In this document: positions 44,677 to 54,336 of the stretch, piece by piece
Layout of the letters: every line of letters begins with the position of its first letter
How positions within the stretch are numbered: the stretch's first letter is position 1
Notes under the pieces: model-generated
Databases searched by the model: none
Seen by the model: the letters and a program-made list of their open reading frames with translations, nothing else
What the model was told of the DNA's origin: nothing
Program-made: the position numbers and the translations under genes
DNA from: Longimicrobiales bacterium
GTDB lineage: Bacteria > Gemmatimonadota > Gemmatimonadetes > Longimicrobiales > Gaopeijiaceae
Length of the DNA stretch: 64,000 bases
NCBI GenBank assembly: GCA_965116095.1
Contig: OZ220481.1
Span: 1,525,192 to 1,589,191 of the forward strand
Direction of reading: 5' to 3'

Positions 44677-45989
44677 GTCTCGTCCAGCCTGACCCTGAGT
44701 CCGTCTTGCGAAAGCGTGCCCGCGTGGAGCCGGCCGGGATCCGGCCTTCGCCGGGACTGTACTTCGACGCGCAGGTAATCGCTCGTCAGCGCGGAGCCTT
44801 CGTTTCCTTCCAGCACGACCCGGACCCGGGCGCCGCCCCGCGCTCGGGCATATCTGATCCCCTTGCGACGCGCAAGCTCCCGCAGCTCCCGGCTCCGCGC
44901 GCGGGCCTTGCGAGGCGAGACCCGCCCCTCCATCTCCGCCGCGACGGTGCCGCTCCTCGCGGAGTAGGGAAAGACATGCAGGTAGGTGAAGGGAATCTCC
45001 CGCACCAACCGCATGGTTTGCTCATGGTCATCGTCCGTTTCTCCGGGAAAGCCGGCAATGATGTCCGCGCCCAGTCCGATGGGGCGCGCCCTCTGCGCGA
45101 TCTCCCGGGCTCTCGCGCGGTACTGCTCGCGCGTATGCCACCTGCGCATCCGCCTGAGCACCGCATCCGCGCCGCTTTGAAGGGGCATGTGTAGGTGGCG
45201 GGCAAGGCGCTCTCCGCTCGTCTCCAAGAGACGAATCAGGTCGTCGTCCACCTCCGTGGCCTCAATGCTGCCAAGTCGAAACCGCGTCTTCGGCGTCTCC
45301 TCGAGCAGCCTTGCGACGAGCTCCGAAAGGCTCCGCTTAGGCTCTAGATCGCGCCCGTAGTGACCGATGTGCACCCCGGTGATCACGAGCTCCGGGTGCG
45401 AGGCGGCGAGCGTCCGGGCTTCCAAGAGAATGCGGCCAAAGCTCCGGCTTCGGCTGGGGCCGCGCGCGAGGCGCGTCGCGCAGAACGCGCATTTGCGGTC
45501 GCAGCCGTCCTGGATCTTGAGCCATCCCCTGGTCGCTCCAGAGCGACGAAGGAGCACCTTGGCCGCCATGCTCTCGATGTGGCCTCTATCCAGGGACCGC
45601 GCTCCGCCCAGCTGGGCCAGCCCCCGCGCGCGCGTCCCCAGCGCGCGAACGGAGGCATGGAACACCTCCTTCGGATCGTGCCCGCCGACGACCGAGCTGA
45701 CCTCCCGCATCTTATCGTAGGGCTCTGGCGACAGGGCGGCGCCGCAGCCCGCGACCACGATGCGCGTCTCGGGACTCTCCCTCTTTGTGCGCCGGATGAA
45801 GCGCCGGGCCGCGCGATCCGCGCGGTGCGTCACGGTGCAGCTGTTCACGACGCACAGGTCTCCCGCTCCCCGTTCGGCCCTTTGCATCCCGCCGGCCTCA
45901 AGGAGCTGGCGCATCCGCTGGGTATCGTACTGATTCGTTTTGCAGCCGAAGGTCCGGAAGGAAACCGTCGGCGCGCGCGGCAGAGGCAT
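44673..45989 (-). CDS. Second radical-SAM methylthiotransferase of the MiaB family (MtaB/RimO-like)
   Basis: VSFRTFGCKTNQYD, CDRKCAFCATRLARG. Start moved to MPLPRAPT to avoid a 100-nt overlap with the upstream gene. Confidence 0.8.
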   Translation of the reverse strand: MPLPRAPTVSFRTFGCKTNQYDTQRMRQLLEAGGMQRAERGAGDLCVVNSCTVTHRADRAARRFIRRTKRESPETRIVVAGCGAALSPEPYDKMREVSSVVGGHDPKEVFHASVRALGTRARGLAQLGGARSLDRGHIESMAAKVLLRRSGATRGWLKIQDGCDRKCAFCATRLARGPSRSRSFGRILLEARTLAASHPELVITGVHIGHYGRDLEPKRSLSELVARLLEETPKTRFRLGSIEATEVDDDLIRLLETSGERLARHLHMPLQSGADAVLRRMRRWHTREQYRARAREIAQRARPIGLGADIIAGFPGETDDDHEQTMRLVREIPFTYLHVFPYSARSGTVAAEMEGRVSPRKARARSRELRELARRKGIRYARARGGARVRVVLEGNEGSALTSDYLRVEVQSRRRPDPGRLHAGTLSQDGLRVRLDET

Positions 45990-46006
45990 CGTTCTCGCCG
46001 CTGCCG

Positions 46007-47188
46007 CTAAAAGCGGGAAATCCCCAGAGAGACCGTTGCCCGCCAGAAGCGTTCGCTCAACGGCGCGCTCGCCCGGCTTCCCCGCTCCAACGCCAGGTCC
46101 ATCCACCCCGCGCGCACGCCGTTCAGCTGGGCGAGGTTAAAGCCCAAGCCCATCGTCCACGCCGTCTCCCGTCCGTCAGCCCCGGCAAAGCGAAAGGGGA
46201 GCGCGGAGGACCGGTATCCAATCCGAACGGGCAGACTCCGCGAAGCCCCGTCGATGGCGGTCCATTCGATTCCGGCTCCGTAACTCGCTCTCGCCTCGCT
46301 CAGCGCGTCTTGGGGGAAGCCCGCAGCCCCGCGCCAGTCTTGGAAGGCGGCCGAGAGGTTAAGGCCTAGGCGCGGCGTGAGCATGCCGGAGACGCCGGCG
46401 AGATAGCGCGCGGGCAGATCGAAGTACGACGACTCTCCCGAAGTTCCCTCCAGCGGCGCGGACTCCAACCGACCGGACCACTCCACTGTCGCCGCCGCGT
46501 GAATCAGCGGGTGCGGGTCCAGCGCAATCGATGCCGCCGCGTTGTAGCCGCGGTAGTCCCAGGAGCCGCTCTCGCGAAAGCTCTCGATGCCGCTTCCCAG
46601 CCCGAGGGAATCGAGAGTCCGGTCGAATTCATGGTCCAGGCGCCCAAGGTATGTCCCTAGGGCGACGCCCGCGCGTATCCGCCCCCCCAGCCGCTGCGCC
46701 CACCCTAGCCGCGCGACCGAGGAGCCGCCCCGGCTCTCGAAGCGATCCACCAAGTTCAGGGGCTCGCCCCCGAGCGTCGTGGATCGCGGGACCTCAGACA
46801 CCCAGCTCTGCTCCATATGGCCCGAGAGGGAAAAGAAGACGGCGCCCCGAGCGGACAAGACCGGATATCCGATCGCCACCAAAGGAAAGCGCGTGGCGGC
46901 GCTCCCGCCGCTCACCTCGCCCAGCGCGTACTCGCCCCAAACCGGCTGCATCGAAACGGTGACGGTCGGGAAGAGAAGCGTCGCCGCTCCCGCGAGGTCC
47001 GTCGCCGAGAGCTCGAGGCCGGCCAAGCCGACGCCCACGTTGCCCAGCGCCGCGCTTCTTCCGTCCAGGGCGCCGGCGGGCACGCCTAGGCCCCGGTATC
47101 CAAGCAGCGACTGCGCCGAAGCATGAAAGAGGGAGAGATGCGCCGCGCCAAGAAGGAGCAGGGTGGTCTTCAGGAGGCGCGCCATCAT
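46007..47188 (-). CDS. Putative outer-membrane beta-barrel protein (signal peptide, C-terminal Phe)
   Basis: MMARLLKTTLLLLGAAHLSLFHASAQ signal. Alternating-hydrophobic strands. Terminal ...SLGISRF. Confidence 0.45.
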   Translation of the reverse strand: MMARLLKTTLLLLGAAHLSLFHASAQSLLGYRGLGVPAGALDGRSAALGNVGVGLAGLELSATDLAGAATLLFPTVTVSMQPVWGEYALGEVSGGSAATRFPLVAIGYPVLSARGAVFFSLSGHMEQSWVSEVPRSTTLGGEPLNLVDRFESRGGSSVARLGWAQRLGGRIRAGVALGTYLGRLDHEFDRTLDSLGLGSGIESFRESGSWDYRGYNAAASIALDPHPLIHAAATVEWSGRLESAPLEGTSGESSYFDLPARYLAGVSGMLTPRLGLNLSAAFQDWRGAAGFPQDALSEARASYGAGIEWTAIDGASRSLPVRIGYRSSALPFRFAGADGRETAWTMGLGFNLAQLNGVRAGWMDLALERGSRASAPLSERFWRATVSLGISRF

Positions 47189-48492
47189 CCGGGCCCCGCC
47201 CTCGCGAAAGAAAGAAGAAGCCGGAGCTCCGGCGCGCGCGGAGACTCCGGCCCATGAAAGGCGCCGTACTCCAGCGACGCCGGCTCCAGCACGCTAAGAA
47301 GGGAGAGCGAGGCGCGCGCGTTGCTCGAATCCGGGTCCAAGAGTTCGCGCACGAATCCCGTCACGGGCACTTCGAACGCCTCCCCCGCCCGCTCCCCAAA
47401 CCACTCGGGCGGGGCGGCGTGGCCGACGACGCCCAGCAGAGAGCTTCCGAGCGGAGACTTCGGGAGGATTTCAGGCGCAAGGACCCGTCGCGCGTCGATC
47501 CTAAGCGAGTCCGACGGAGCATACGCGGGCTCCGTCCGTTGCGTCGTAAACCGCAGGCCCGCATATGTCACCTGACTCGGCCGGATCGCGACCGGACACC
47601 CCACCGCGCGGCAGAGTTCGGGCGGTCCTCGCAGCGTTCTCGGCGCCTCCACTTCCACGACCGTCCGCCAAGCCGGGGCGCCGCCGATGCGAAGGGAGCT
47701 CCCCGGCGGCGGGGCAGGCAGCGGCGTATACAGGAAGGTGGATGTCCGCGTTGATGCCTGGAGTTCAAGCAGCGTGTCGGGATCAAGCGAGGGCCGGGTC
47801 TTGATCCAGAGGAGCGTCGAGGCTACTTCCAGTCGCGTGCCCTTATCCTCGGTCGTGAGCCGAAGGCCCAGCGCTCCTCGCGCGGAGTCCGACCAGATCC
47901 CGGTCCACAGAGAATCCACCGCAATCGAGATCGAATCGCCCTTCGAAGGATCCCAGATCGCGCTTCCCAGACGCGCGGCACGCCCGCCTCCGGGCTCGCT
48001 CCAAGCCCTTTGGACTCCGCCGGTGTCCACCGCCAAGGTCCAGCTCGCGCTCCCAGCGTCCCAAGGCTCGGTCATGGCCTCGGCGATCACTCGAACGGGC
48101 GCGCGCGCAACCGACGCCAATGTGTCGAAGCGGGGCACGATCCTCGCCGAGATAAAGGTCAGGCTCGAGTCCGGACGCGTCGTGCCGCCGGTGTCCTGAA
48201 CGGGCGCCACCTTCGGGTAGGCGCCGACCCGCACTAAGGTCCGCGCGCTCAAGCTGTCGCCGTAGCCGCGAGCGACGAAGCCGCGTCCCAGGTCGGAGGG
48301 CCGCCCGTATCCGCCCAGCGACTGCGCCGACTTCGCGAATTCGGAGAAGGGGAGCACGACCTCCATCGTCACGACTTCCGGGATCAGCTCCTCCAGAGGC
48401 GCCGATGGCGTCTCCTCGGCGCAAGAGACGACCCCGAGCAGGGCAAATGCCGCCGCGGGCCCGTGGCGGTACAGCCCCCGGACTCCGGTCAC
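47185..48492 (-). CDS. Hypothetical lipoprotein
   Basis: LLGVVSC lipobox. ATGA overlap with the downstream outer-membrane protein gene. No recognisable domain. Confidence 0.45.
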   Translation of the reverse strand: MTGVRGLYRHGPAAAFALLGVVSCAEETPSAPLEELIPEVVTMEVVLPFSEFAKSAQSLGGYGRPSDLGRGFVARGYGDSLSARTLVRVGAYPKVAPVQDTGGTTRPDSSLTFISARIVPRFDTLASVARAPVRVIAEAMTEPWDAGSASWTLAVDTGGVQRAWSEPGGGRAARLGSAIWDPSKGDSISIAVDSLWTGIWSDSARGALGLRLTTEDKGTRLEVASTLLWIKTRPSLDPDTLLELQASTRTSTFLYTPLPAPPPGSSLRIGGAPAWRTVVEVEAPRTLRGPPELCRAVGCPVAIRPSQVTYAGLRFTTQRTEPAYAPSDSLRIDARRVLAPEILPKSPLGSSLLGVVGHAAPPEWFGERAGEAFEVPVTGFVRELLDPDSSNARASLSLLSVLEPASLEYGAFHGPESPRAPELRLLLSFARAGPG

Positions 48493-48899
48493 AGCGAAAA
48501 GGGCGCCGGAAGCAACGCTCCCAAGGACCAGCGCCGCTCTTTTCCTCCGGCCACGGAGCGGATTTCCAGCCCCGGGCCGGAAAACTCGGCCAGAACCTGC
48601 CTACAGGCGCCGCAGGGCGAAACCGGCTCTCTCGACTCGGTAGCGATCACAAGCTCCTTCGCCTCTCTTTCCCCGCCCGCGACCATCGCGCACACCGCAG
48701 CGCGCTCGGCGCAGATCGTCAGCCCCAAGGAGGCATTCTCAACGTTGCATCCCACGAAGATCGTCCCGGACTTCGCCTTCAGGGCGGCGCCCACGCGAAA
48801 GCCCGAGGAAGGCGCGTAGGCGCGCAGCATGACGCGACGCGCCTCTTGGGCAAGCGAGTCCTCCGAGGAATCCACGATGGTCTGATTCAAGCGCCCCAC
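48489..48899 (-). CDS. cdd: Cytidine deaminase
   Basis: CAERAAV...PCGACRQV zinc-binding motifs. Confidence 0.85.
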   Translation of the reverse strand: MGRLNQTIVDSSEDSLAQEARRVMLRAYAPSSGFRVGAALKAKSGTIFVGCNVENASLGLTICAERAAVCAMVAGGEREAKELVIATESREPVSPCGACRQVLAEFSGPGLEIRSVAGGKERRWSLGALLPAPFSL

Positions 48900-50029
48900 A
48901 CCCTGGGCAACCGTCGAGCGAGCCCGGTCAGCACCTCGTAGTCGATCACGCCCGCCCGCCGGGCCGTTTCATCAAGGGAAATCACGCTCCCCATATACTG
49001 CCCAATTAACGTAACCGCATCGCCAACCTTCACCCGTCCGCCCTCCGGCACGCGGATCACCGTCACGTCCATCGAGACGCGTCCCACAATGGGAGCCCGG
49101 ATCGCTCCCCCGCCGTCTCGCGCTCGGACCAACGCTTGGCCGCGATTGCCCAGCGCCCTCGGATATCCGTCCCCGTAGCCGATGGAGAGCGTGGCCCACT
49201 CTTCGGGGCCGCTTGCCCGGTACGTCGCCCCGTATCCCAGGGTGGCGCCCCTCCGCGCCTTTCGGACCAGCGAGGCGCGGGCGCGAAGGCTGACCACGGG
49301 CCGGGCCGCAGGGTCGCGCGCGCCCGCGGCCCCGCCGAAGAGACGAATGCCCGGGCGAATCGCGTTTGCGCATCCGGCCGGAAGACGAAGGGCGGCGGCG
49401 CTGTTCGCAAAGTGAATAAGCGGGCGCTGGCGGCGAGCGGCTGCTTGGAGGACCGGCTCAAGCAGCTTCAGCGCCTCTTGAAAGAGGCGGGTCTGGCTTC
49501 GGGCGGCGTCAAGGAAAGGCTCGTCCGCAGAGTGGAGATGCGTAAAGACGCCCTCGAGCCGCGCGCCGGACTCCAACGCCTTAAGGATGCTCGCGCGGCG
49601 CTCCCTGAGTCCTTGGAGCGCAAAGCCGGAACGCCCCATCCCCGTGTCCACCTCAATCTGAAACCCGGCGCCCCTCCGCCCCTTCTTCGCCGTACGGCTC
49701 ACGACGGAGAGCCCCGCCCGGCCCGAAATCGCAGGGACAAAGCCCAGCCGAAGCGCGCGCTCGAGCTCATCCGGAGCGAGAGGGCTGTAGATCATGATGC
49801 ATCGCTTGATCCCCGCATCGCGCAGCTCGACGCCTTCCCGGACGCACGCGACCCCGAAGGCGTAAGGATCCTCCGACTCCAACGCGCGGGCCACCGCAGG
49901 GGCGCCCAGCCCGTACCCGTCCGCCTTGATCATCGGGATAAACCGAGTGGCGGCCGGGTGCAAAGCGCGAAGGCGGCGGGCGTTCTCAAGGAGCGCGCCC
50001 GAATCCACCTCTATCCAAGCGCGGCGCAT
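48887..50029 (-). CDS. alr: Alanine racemase
   Basis: IPMIKADGYGLG PLP-lysine motif. GRVSMDVTVI C-terminal domain. Start moved to MRRAWIEVD. Confidence 0.85.
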   Translation of the reverse strand: MRRAWIEVDSGALLENARRLRALHPAATRFIPMIKADGYGLGAPAVARALESEDPYAFGVACVREGVELRDAGIKRCIMIYSPLAPDELERALRLGFVPAISGRAGLSVVSRTAKKGRRGAGFQIEVDTGMGRSGFALQGLRERRASILKALESGARLEGVFTHLHSADEPFLDAARSQTRLFQEALKLLEPVLQAAARRQRPLIHFANSAAALRLPAGCANAIRPGIRLFGGAAGARDPAARPVVSLRARASLVRKARRGATLGYGATYRASGPEEWATLSIGYGDGYPRALGNRGQALVRARDGGGAIRAPIVGRVSMDVTVIRVPEGGRVKVGDAVTLIGQYMGSVISLDETARRAGVIDYEVLTGLARRLPRVWGA

Positions 50030-50337
50030 CCCCCGGCGCTTGTTCGAGAAGGCATACCCTCCGTCGGGGGCGCCTGTTGCCCGAGGCCGGATTCCCCTCC
50101 GCTTACCGAAACGCGCGCTCCAGGCCGCCTTCCGACGAGATTCGGTCATAAACTTCCGCTTGATTTCGGGCGACAAAAAGCAGGGCGTTTGGAGGGCATC
50201 CAGCTTTCCAAGAAACGCGACGGGAACCATTTCGCTTCGGACAAGTATTGCTCCTTGGGCGACGAAGACGATCCAGACAGCCGATTCGCCGCCTCCAAGA
50301 GTATTCTCGGTTCACATTCTTGCTCAAGGAGCATCAC

Positions 50338-51387
50338 ATGGAAACACCTCGCGCGCTTCACCCGACATCCCTCCGTCTCCCGCTCCCGGGAGCCGCAGCC
50401 CTCCTCGCATGGGCCATATTCTCGGCCTGCGGCGACAATACCGCTGCCCCGGATCCGCCTGTCGCGACCGCCATCGCCGTCTCGCCCGCCTCGGTAAAGA
50501 TCGGCGCAATCGGGGACACCGTACGCGTGACCGCAACGATTACCGATCAAAACGGCGCCGCCTTCGCGGGCTCTCCCGTCTGGGCCAGCGATGCGCCGGA
50601 CGTCTTCTCCGTCAGCTCTGACGGACTCGTGGAGGCTCTGGCGGAAGGCTCCGGCGCCGTAACCGCGACCTACGAGTCGCTTTCCGCGTCGGCGGAAGTC
50701 ACCGTGGACGCCAATCGGGCGCCCGTCTTCCTGCTTGACACCGCGGCGCAGCTGATCATTGACGTTGGCCAATCAAGCGCGGGCTCCATCGGCGACTTCT
50801 TCCAGGATCCGGATGGAGACGTGCTGGCCTTCACCGCCTCCTCCTCCGACACCTCCATCGTGAAGGTGGAAATTCAGGGCGAGGACGGAGTCGCGTACGG
50901 CGCAGCGGCGGGATCGGCCGTGATCACGCTCACCGCGATTGATCCGGGCGGGCTCTCGGCGAGCGGCGAGATGAACGTCACGGTCGTCGCAAGCAACCGT
51001 GCGCCCGTCCCGGTTCTGGATTCCTTTCCAACCAGGCAAGCAACGGTAGGGGACACGGTCACGATCGACTTTTCGGAGTTCTTCGTCGACCCGGACGAGG
51101 ACGCGCTGACCTTCGCCGCAGCCTCCTCCGACTCTACGATCATCTCCATCTCGGTCGATGGAAACTTGGGATTCCTGCGCGCGCTTGCCGCAGGCGCGGC
51201 GGGAATTGAAGTCACCGCTTCGGATCCCGGAGGTCTGTCCGCAGCCATCGTCCTTCCGGTTGAGATTGCGAGCCCTCTCGCGCCCATCGCCGCTTGGACT
51301 CCCGGCGCGAAGTCCGCTCATTCAATGTCCGAAGAAAGGCGAATCGAACGCGGACCAGCGCCTCCTCGCCCTATTGAAAGGCGCTGA
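50338..51387 (+). CDS. Lipoprotein with a Big_2 (bacterial Ig-like) domain and dystroglycan-type cadherin-like repeats (FxDPDGDxLxFxAxSSD)
   Basis: IFSACGD lipobox. AAGGAG Shine-Dalgarno before the ATG at 50338. Repeat signature. Confidence 0.7.
   Translation: METPRALHPTSLRLPLPGAAALLAWAIFSACGDNTAAPDPPVATAIAVSPASVKIGAIGDTVRVTATITDQNGAAFAGSPVWASDAPDVFSVSSDGLVEALAEGSGAVTATYESLSASAEVTVDANRAPVFLLDTAAQLIIDVGQSSAGSIGDFFQDPDGDVLAFTASSSDTSIVKVEIQGEDGVAYGAAAGSAVITLTAIDPGGLSASGEMNVTVVASNRAPVPVLDSFPTRQATVGDTVTIDFSEFFVDPDEDALTFAAASSDSTIISISVDGNLGFLRALAAGAAGIEVTASDPGGLSAAIVLPVEIASPLAPIAAWTPGAKSAHSMSEERRIERGPAPPRPIERR
50841..50885 (+). repeat. 45-nt stretch identical to 52147..52191 in the paralog (ctcctccgacacctccatcgtgaaggtggaaattcagggcgagga)
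   Basis: Seen directly. Flanks are about 85 % identical over about 120 nt. Confidence 0.8.
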
Positions 51388-51631
51388 TTCGCATGGCGTC
51401 GTCAACCCCAACGGGCGCAGTCGCCCGGTCTCCGCCTTTAGATTCCAGCTTGGCCCAAGGCGTCGGGCTCGTCCGATGTCCTGCGGGAGGAGCACGAGTC
51501 GCGGACGGTCGATTCCCGCGATCCTCGCGATGAGCCTTTGCGCGGCGCCCTCCGACCGCCTTCCACCCAAACTGTGAATCTCGACGCGACGACGAAGATC
51601 TCTCCTTCGCACCCGACCTGAGGAATCTTGC

Positions 51632-53518
51632 ATGCACAGCGCTTCACCCCCACGACACGCGCCTTTTATTACATCACGCATCGCCATCATCGCAGCGGCG
51701 CTCCTTGCCTGGGCTAGCTGCGGAGACGGCGCCACGACGCCCAGCGATCCGCCGCCGGATCCCCCCGCCGCGTCTGCGATCGTCATCTCTCCGGAGTCGG
51801 CCACGATCACCACAATCGGCGACACGGTCCGCTTCACGGCGGCGCTCACCGATCAGTACGGGGCCGCCTTCACCGGCTCGATCACCTGGTCCAGCACGGT
51901 GCCGGATGTCTTCTCCGTCACCTCCGATGGATTGGTGACGGGTCTTGACAACGGGTCCGGGGCGGTGACCGCGACATTCCAATCCCTTTCGGCGGAGGCT
52001 TCGGTCACGGTCGACGCCAATCGGGCGCCCTACTTTCGGCTTGACACGGCGGCGACGCTGGATGTGGAGGTCGGCGAAACGAACACCGGCTCCCTCCAGG
52101 AATACTTCGACGACCCCGACGGCGACGCCTTGGTTTTCTCGGCCGTCTCCTCCGACACCTCCATCGTGAAGGTGGAAATTCAGGGCGAGGAAGGGACCGT
52201 CTATGGCGCGGCGGAGGGATCGGCCGTGATCGAAATCACCGCGACCGATCCCGGGGGGCTTGAGGCGATGGGAGAGCTTCGCGTGTCGGTGACGCAGACC
52301 AATCACCCGCCCCAAGTGCTCGTGGACGAGGTCGACACGTTGATGCTCGCTCCCGGGGACACCATGACCGTGAACGTCAGCGACTGGTTCATTGATCAGG
52401 ATTTGGATTCGCTTTCGTACATGGCGACGACATCGGATTCATCGGTCGCGGTTGCGCATGCGCGCGGAGCATCCGTCGAAATCGAGGCAATGGGCGAAGG
52501 GATGGCGACCGCGACCGTGACCGCTACCGACCCCGACGGTCTGTCCGCGGAGGTCGACGTTCCGATCAAGGTGGTGGCTCCGCCGGAAAATCAGTCGCCC
52601 ATGGCCGTGGGGTCCATCGAGGATCAGTCGGTGAGCTCGGGCGACACGATGTCGCTGGACCTTTCGGGTTACTTCAGCGATCCGGATGGCGACGCGCTCA
52701 TCTACGCGGCGTCCTCTTCCGACGGGGGCGTGGCGACGGCGGAGGTGGACGGCGAAGAGCTGGTCCTTGCGGGAGCTGGACCCGGCGAGGCGACGATCAG
52801 CGTCTCGGCGACCGATCCCGGCGGCTTGTTTGCGGAGCAGACATTCACGGTCTCCGTGCCAAACTCGGCGCCGCAGCTTGTCTTGGAGATCGCCGATACG
52901 GTCCTCGCCTACGAGGCGGATACCCTGGTGGTCAGGGACCTCTCGGCGTACTTCCAGGACCCCGACGGAGAGGACCTCGTCTTTGAGGTCGAGACGGACC
53001 TGGACTGGGATTACGCGGTGGAAGGCTCCGAGCTCGTGATTCGCCACGGCAGGGACATCGCGACGCTCTCGGATACGGTGGCTGAGAGCGGAGCGTTCAC
53101 GGTGAGTGCATTTGACGGGGCGGGGCTTCAGGTCGTAGACACTTTTGAGGCGACCGTCGAGGAGTGGGTCCCGCTCGCTGCGGTTGAAGTCGCTCCGGGC
53201 GTGGTGACCATCACCCTTCCCTCGCTCTCCTTCCCGGTGGTTTCCTGTTTCCCGGTGGACAACTACGTGGTGAACGATCTCAGACTGACCGCCCACTTTA
53301 CCGAATGGCAGACGCGGGCGGACTCCGCGTCGGATTGGATGGCCGTCGCCGGCACCCGAGTGGAAAAGCAGGTCTGCCCGTATCCACCCCTCGGAGTGAC
53401 GCCTGATCCCGGAGAGTACCGCGTCGTTGGAGAGCTGGAGGGTCTTGGCGGGCCTGTGCGCAGGAAGTACCGAAGCATCAACACCTTCACCGTGCCGGCT
53501 GGGTATCCGGGTCGCTAG
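51632..53518 (+). CDS. Paralogous lipoprotein: Big_2 domain, five cadherin-like repeats, and a C-terminal domain of unknown function
   Basis: N-terminal 190 aa about 60 % identical to the upstream gene. WASCGD lipobox. Confidence 0.7.
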   Translation: MHSASPPRHAPFITSRIAIIAAALLAWASCGDGATTPSDPPPDPPAASAIVISPESATITTIGDTVRFTAALTDQYGAAFTGSITWSSTVPDVFSVTSDGLVTGLDNGSGAVTATFQSLSAEASVTVDANRAPYFRLDTAATLDVEVGETNTGSLQEYFDDPDGDALVFSAVSSDTSIVKVEIQGEEGTVYGAAEGSAVIEITATDPGGLEAMGELRVSVTQTNHPPQVLVDEVDTLMLAPGDTMTVNVSDWFIDQDLDSLSYMATTSDSSVAVAHARGASVEIEAMGEGMATATVTATDPDGLSAEVDVPIKVVAPPENQSPMAVGSIEDQSVSSGDTMSLDLSGYFSDPDGDALIYAASSSDGGVATAEVDGEELVLAGAGPGEATISVSATDPGGLFAEQTFTVSVPNSAPQLVLEIADTVLAYEADTLVVRDLSAYFQDPDGEDLVFEVETDLDWDYAVEGSELVIRHGRDIATLSDTVAESGAFTVSAFDGAGLQVVDTFEATVEEWVPLAAVEVAPGVVTITLPSLSFPVVSCFPVDNYVVNDLRLTAHFTEWQTRADSASDWMAVAGTRVEKQVCPYPPLGVTPDPGEYRVVGELEGLGGPVRRKYRSINTFTVPAGYPGR

Positions 53519-53933
53519 ACCGGAGCGCCGCGCGCTGGGTCAGTGCGTGCGCGCGCAGGCTCGGGCGAGCAAGCTGGGCTTCGACTGGCCGGAGGCGTTG
53601 GACGCGCTTCCGAAGGTCGAAGAGGAGGCGGGCGAGCTTCGGGCGGCCTTGCGGGCCGTTCGAAGTTCGCCTTCAGCCGGGACCGACGCGTCCGTCGTTC
53701 AAGAAGTTGGGGACCTACTATTTTCTGCCGTTAACGTCTCTCGCCTTGCCGGCGTGGACCCCGAGCGAGCGCTCCGGTCCGCCGTAGCGAAGTTTGAGCG
53801 GCGGTTTGGCGAAGTAGAGCGGCTGGCGCGGGCTGCGGGGCTTGCGATGCCGGGGAGTTCGCTTGACGCGCTGGACCGGCTCTGGGAGAAAGTCAAGGCT
53901 GGCGAATCAGGGAGACCCGAGAAAAGCCGGTAA
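53427..53933 (+). CDS. MazG-like nucleotide pyrophosphohydrolase (small single-domain type)
   Basis: EEEAGELRAALRA...VQEVGDLLFSAVNVSRLAGVDPERAL MazG motifs. Start is uncertain (the ORF-track ATG overlaps the upstream gene by 92 nt). Confidence 0.55.
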   Translation: MESWRVLAGLCAGSTEASTPSPCRLGIRVARPERRALGQCVRAQARASKLGFDWPEALDALPKVEEEAGELRAALRAVRSSPSAGTDASVVQEVGDLLFSAVNVSRLAGVDPERALRSAVAKFERRFGEVERLARAAGLAMPGSSLDALDRLWEKVKAGESGRPEKSR

Positions 53934-54336
53934 GGCGAAGCCTGCCCAGACTCCAACTTCGCTTCGATCCCGCCGGGGCGCAGAGCATCTTCGCCGCGCA
54001 GCAGCCACGCCGCCATTCGCATAGCTTTAGCAGCTGGCGCAGGATTGACCTCTTGTCCTCGGACAGTCGCATCGGGCTCAGCAGCTTGATCGCCCCGCGC
54101 TTCGAGCGGAAATCGGCGCTTCAACTTAAGCTGTCCGGTTGACGGCGGTGCTCTTCCATCCGCGAATCGGCGCGAGGAGGCCTCGGACACTCCTGTCGCA
54201 GCTCTGGCGGGAATCGCGACCGGAGCGACCGCTTGAGAAGGAGACCGAGTACCGAAGGGTCGTAGGCCCGCGCCTGTAGAAGCGTTGCTGACCATACCTT
54301 GTGTTCCGTTGTCGCCTTGGAACCCGAAGAAGAGAA

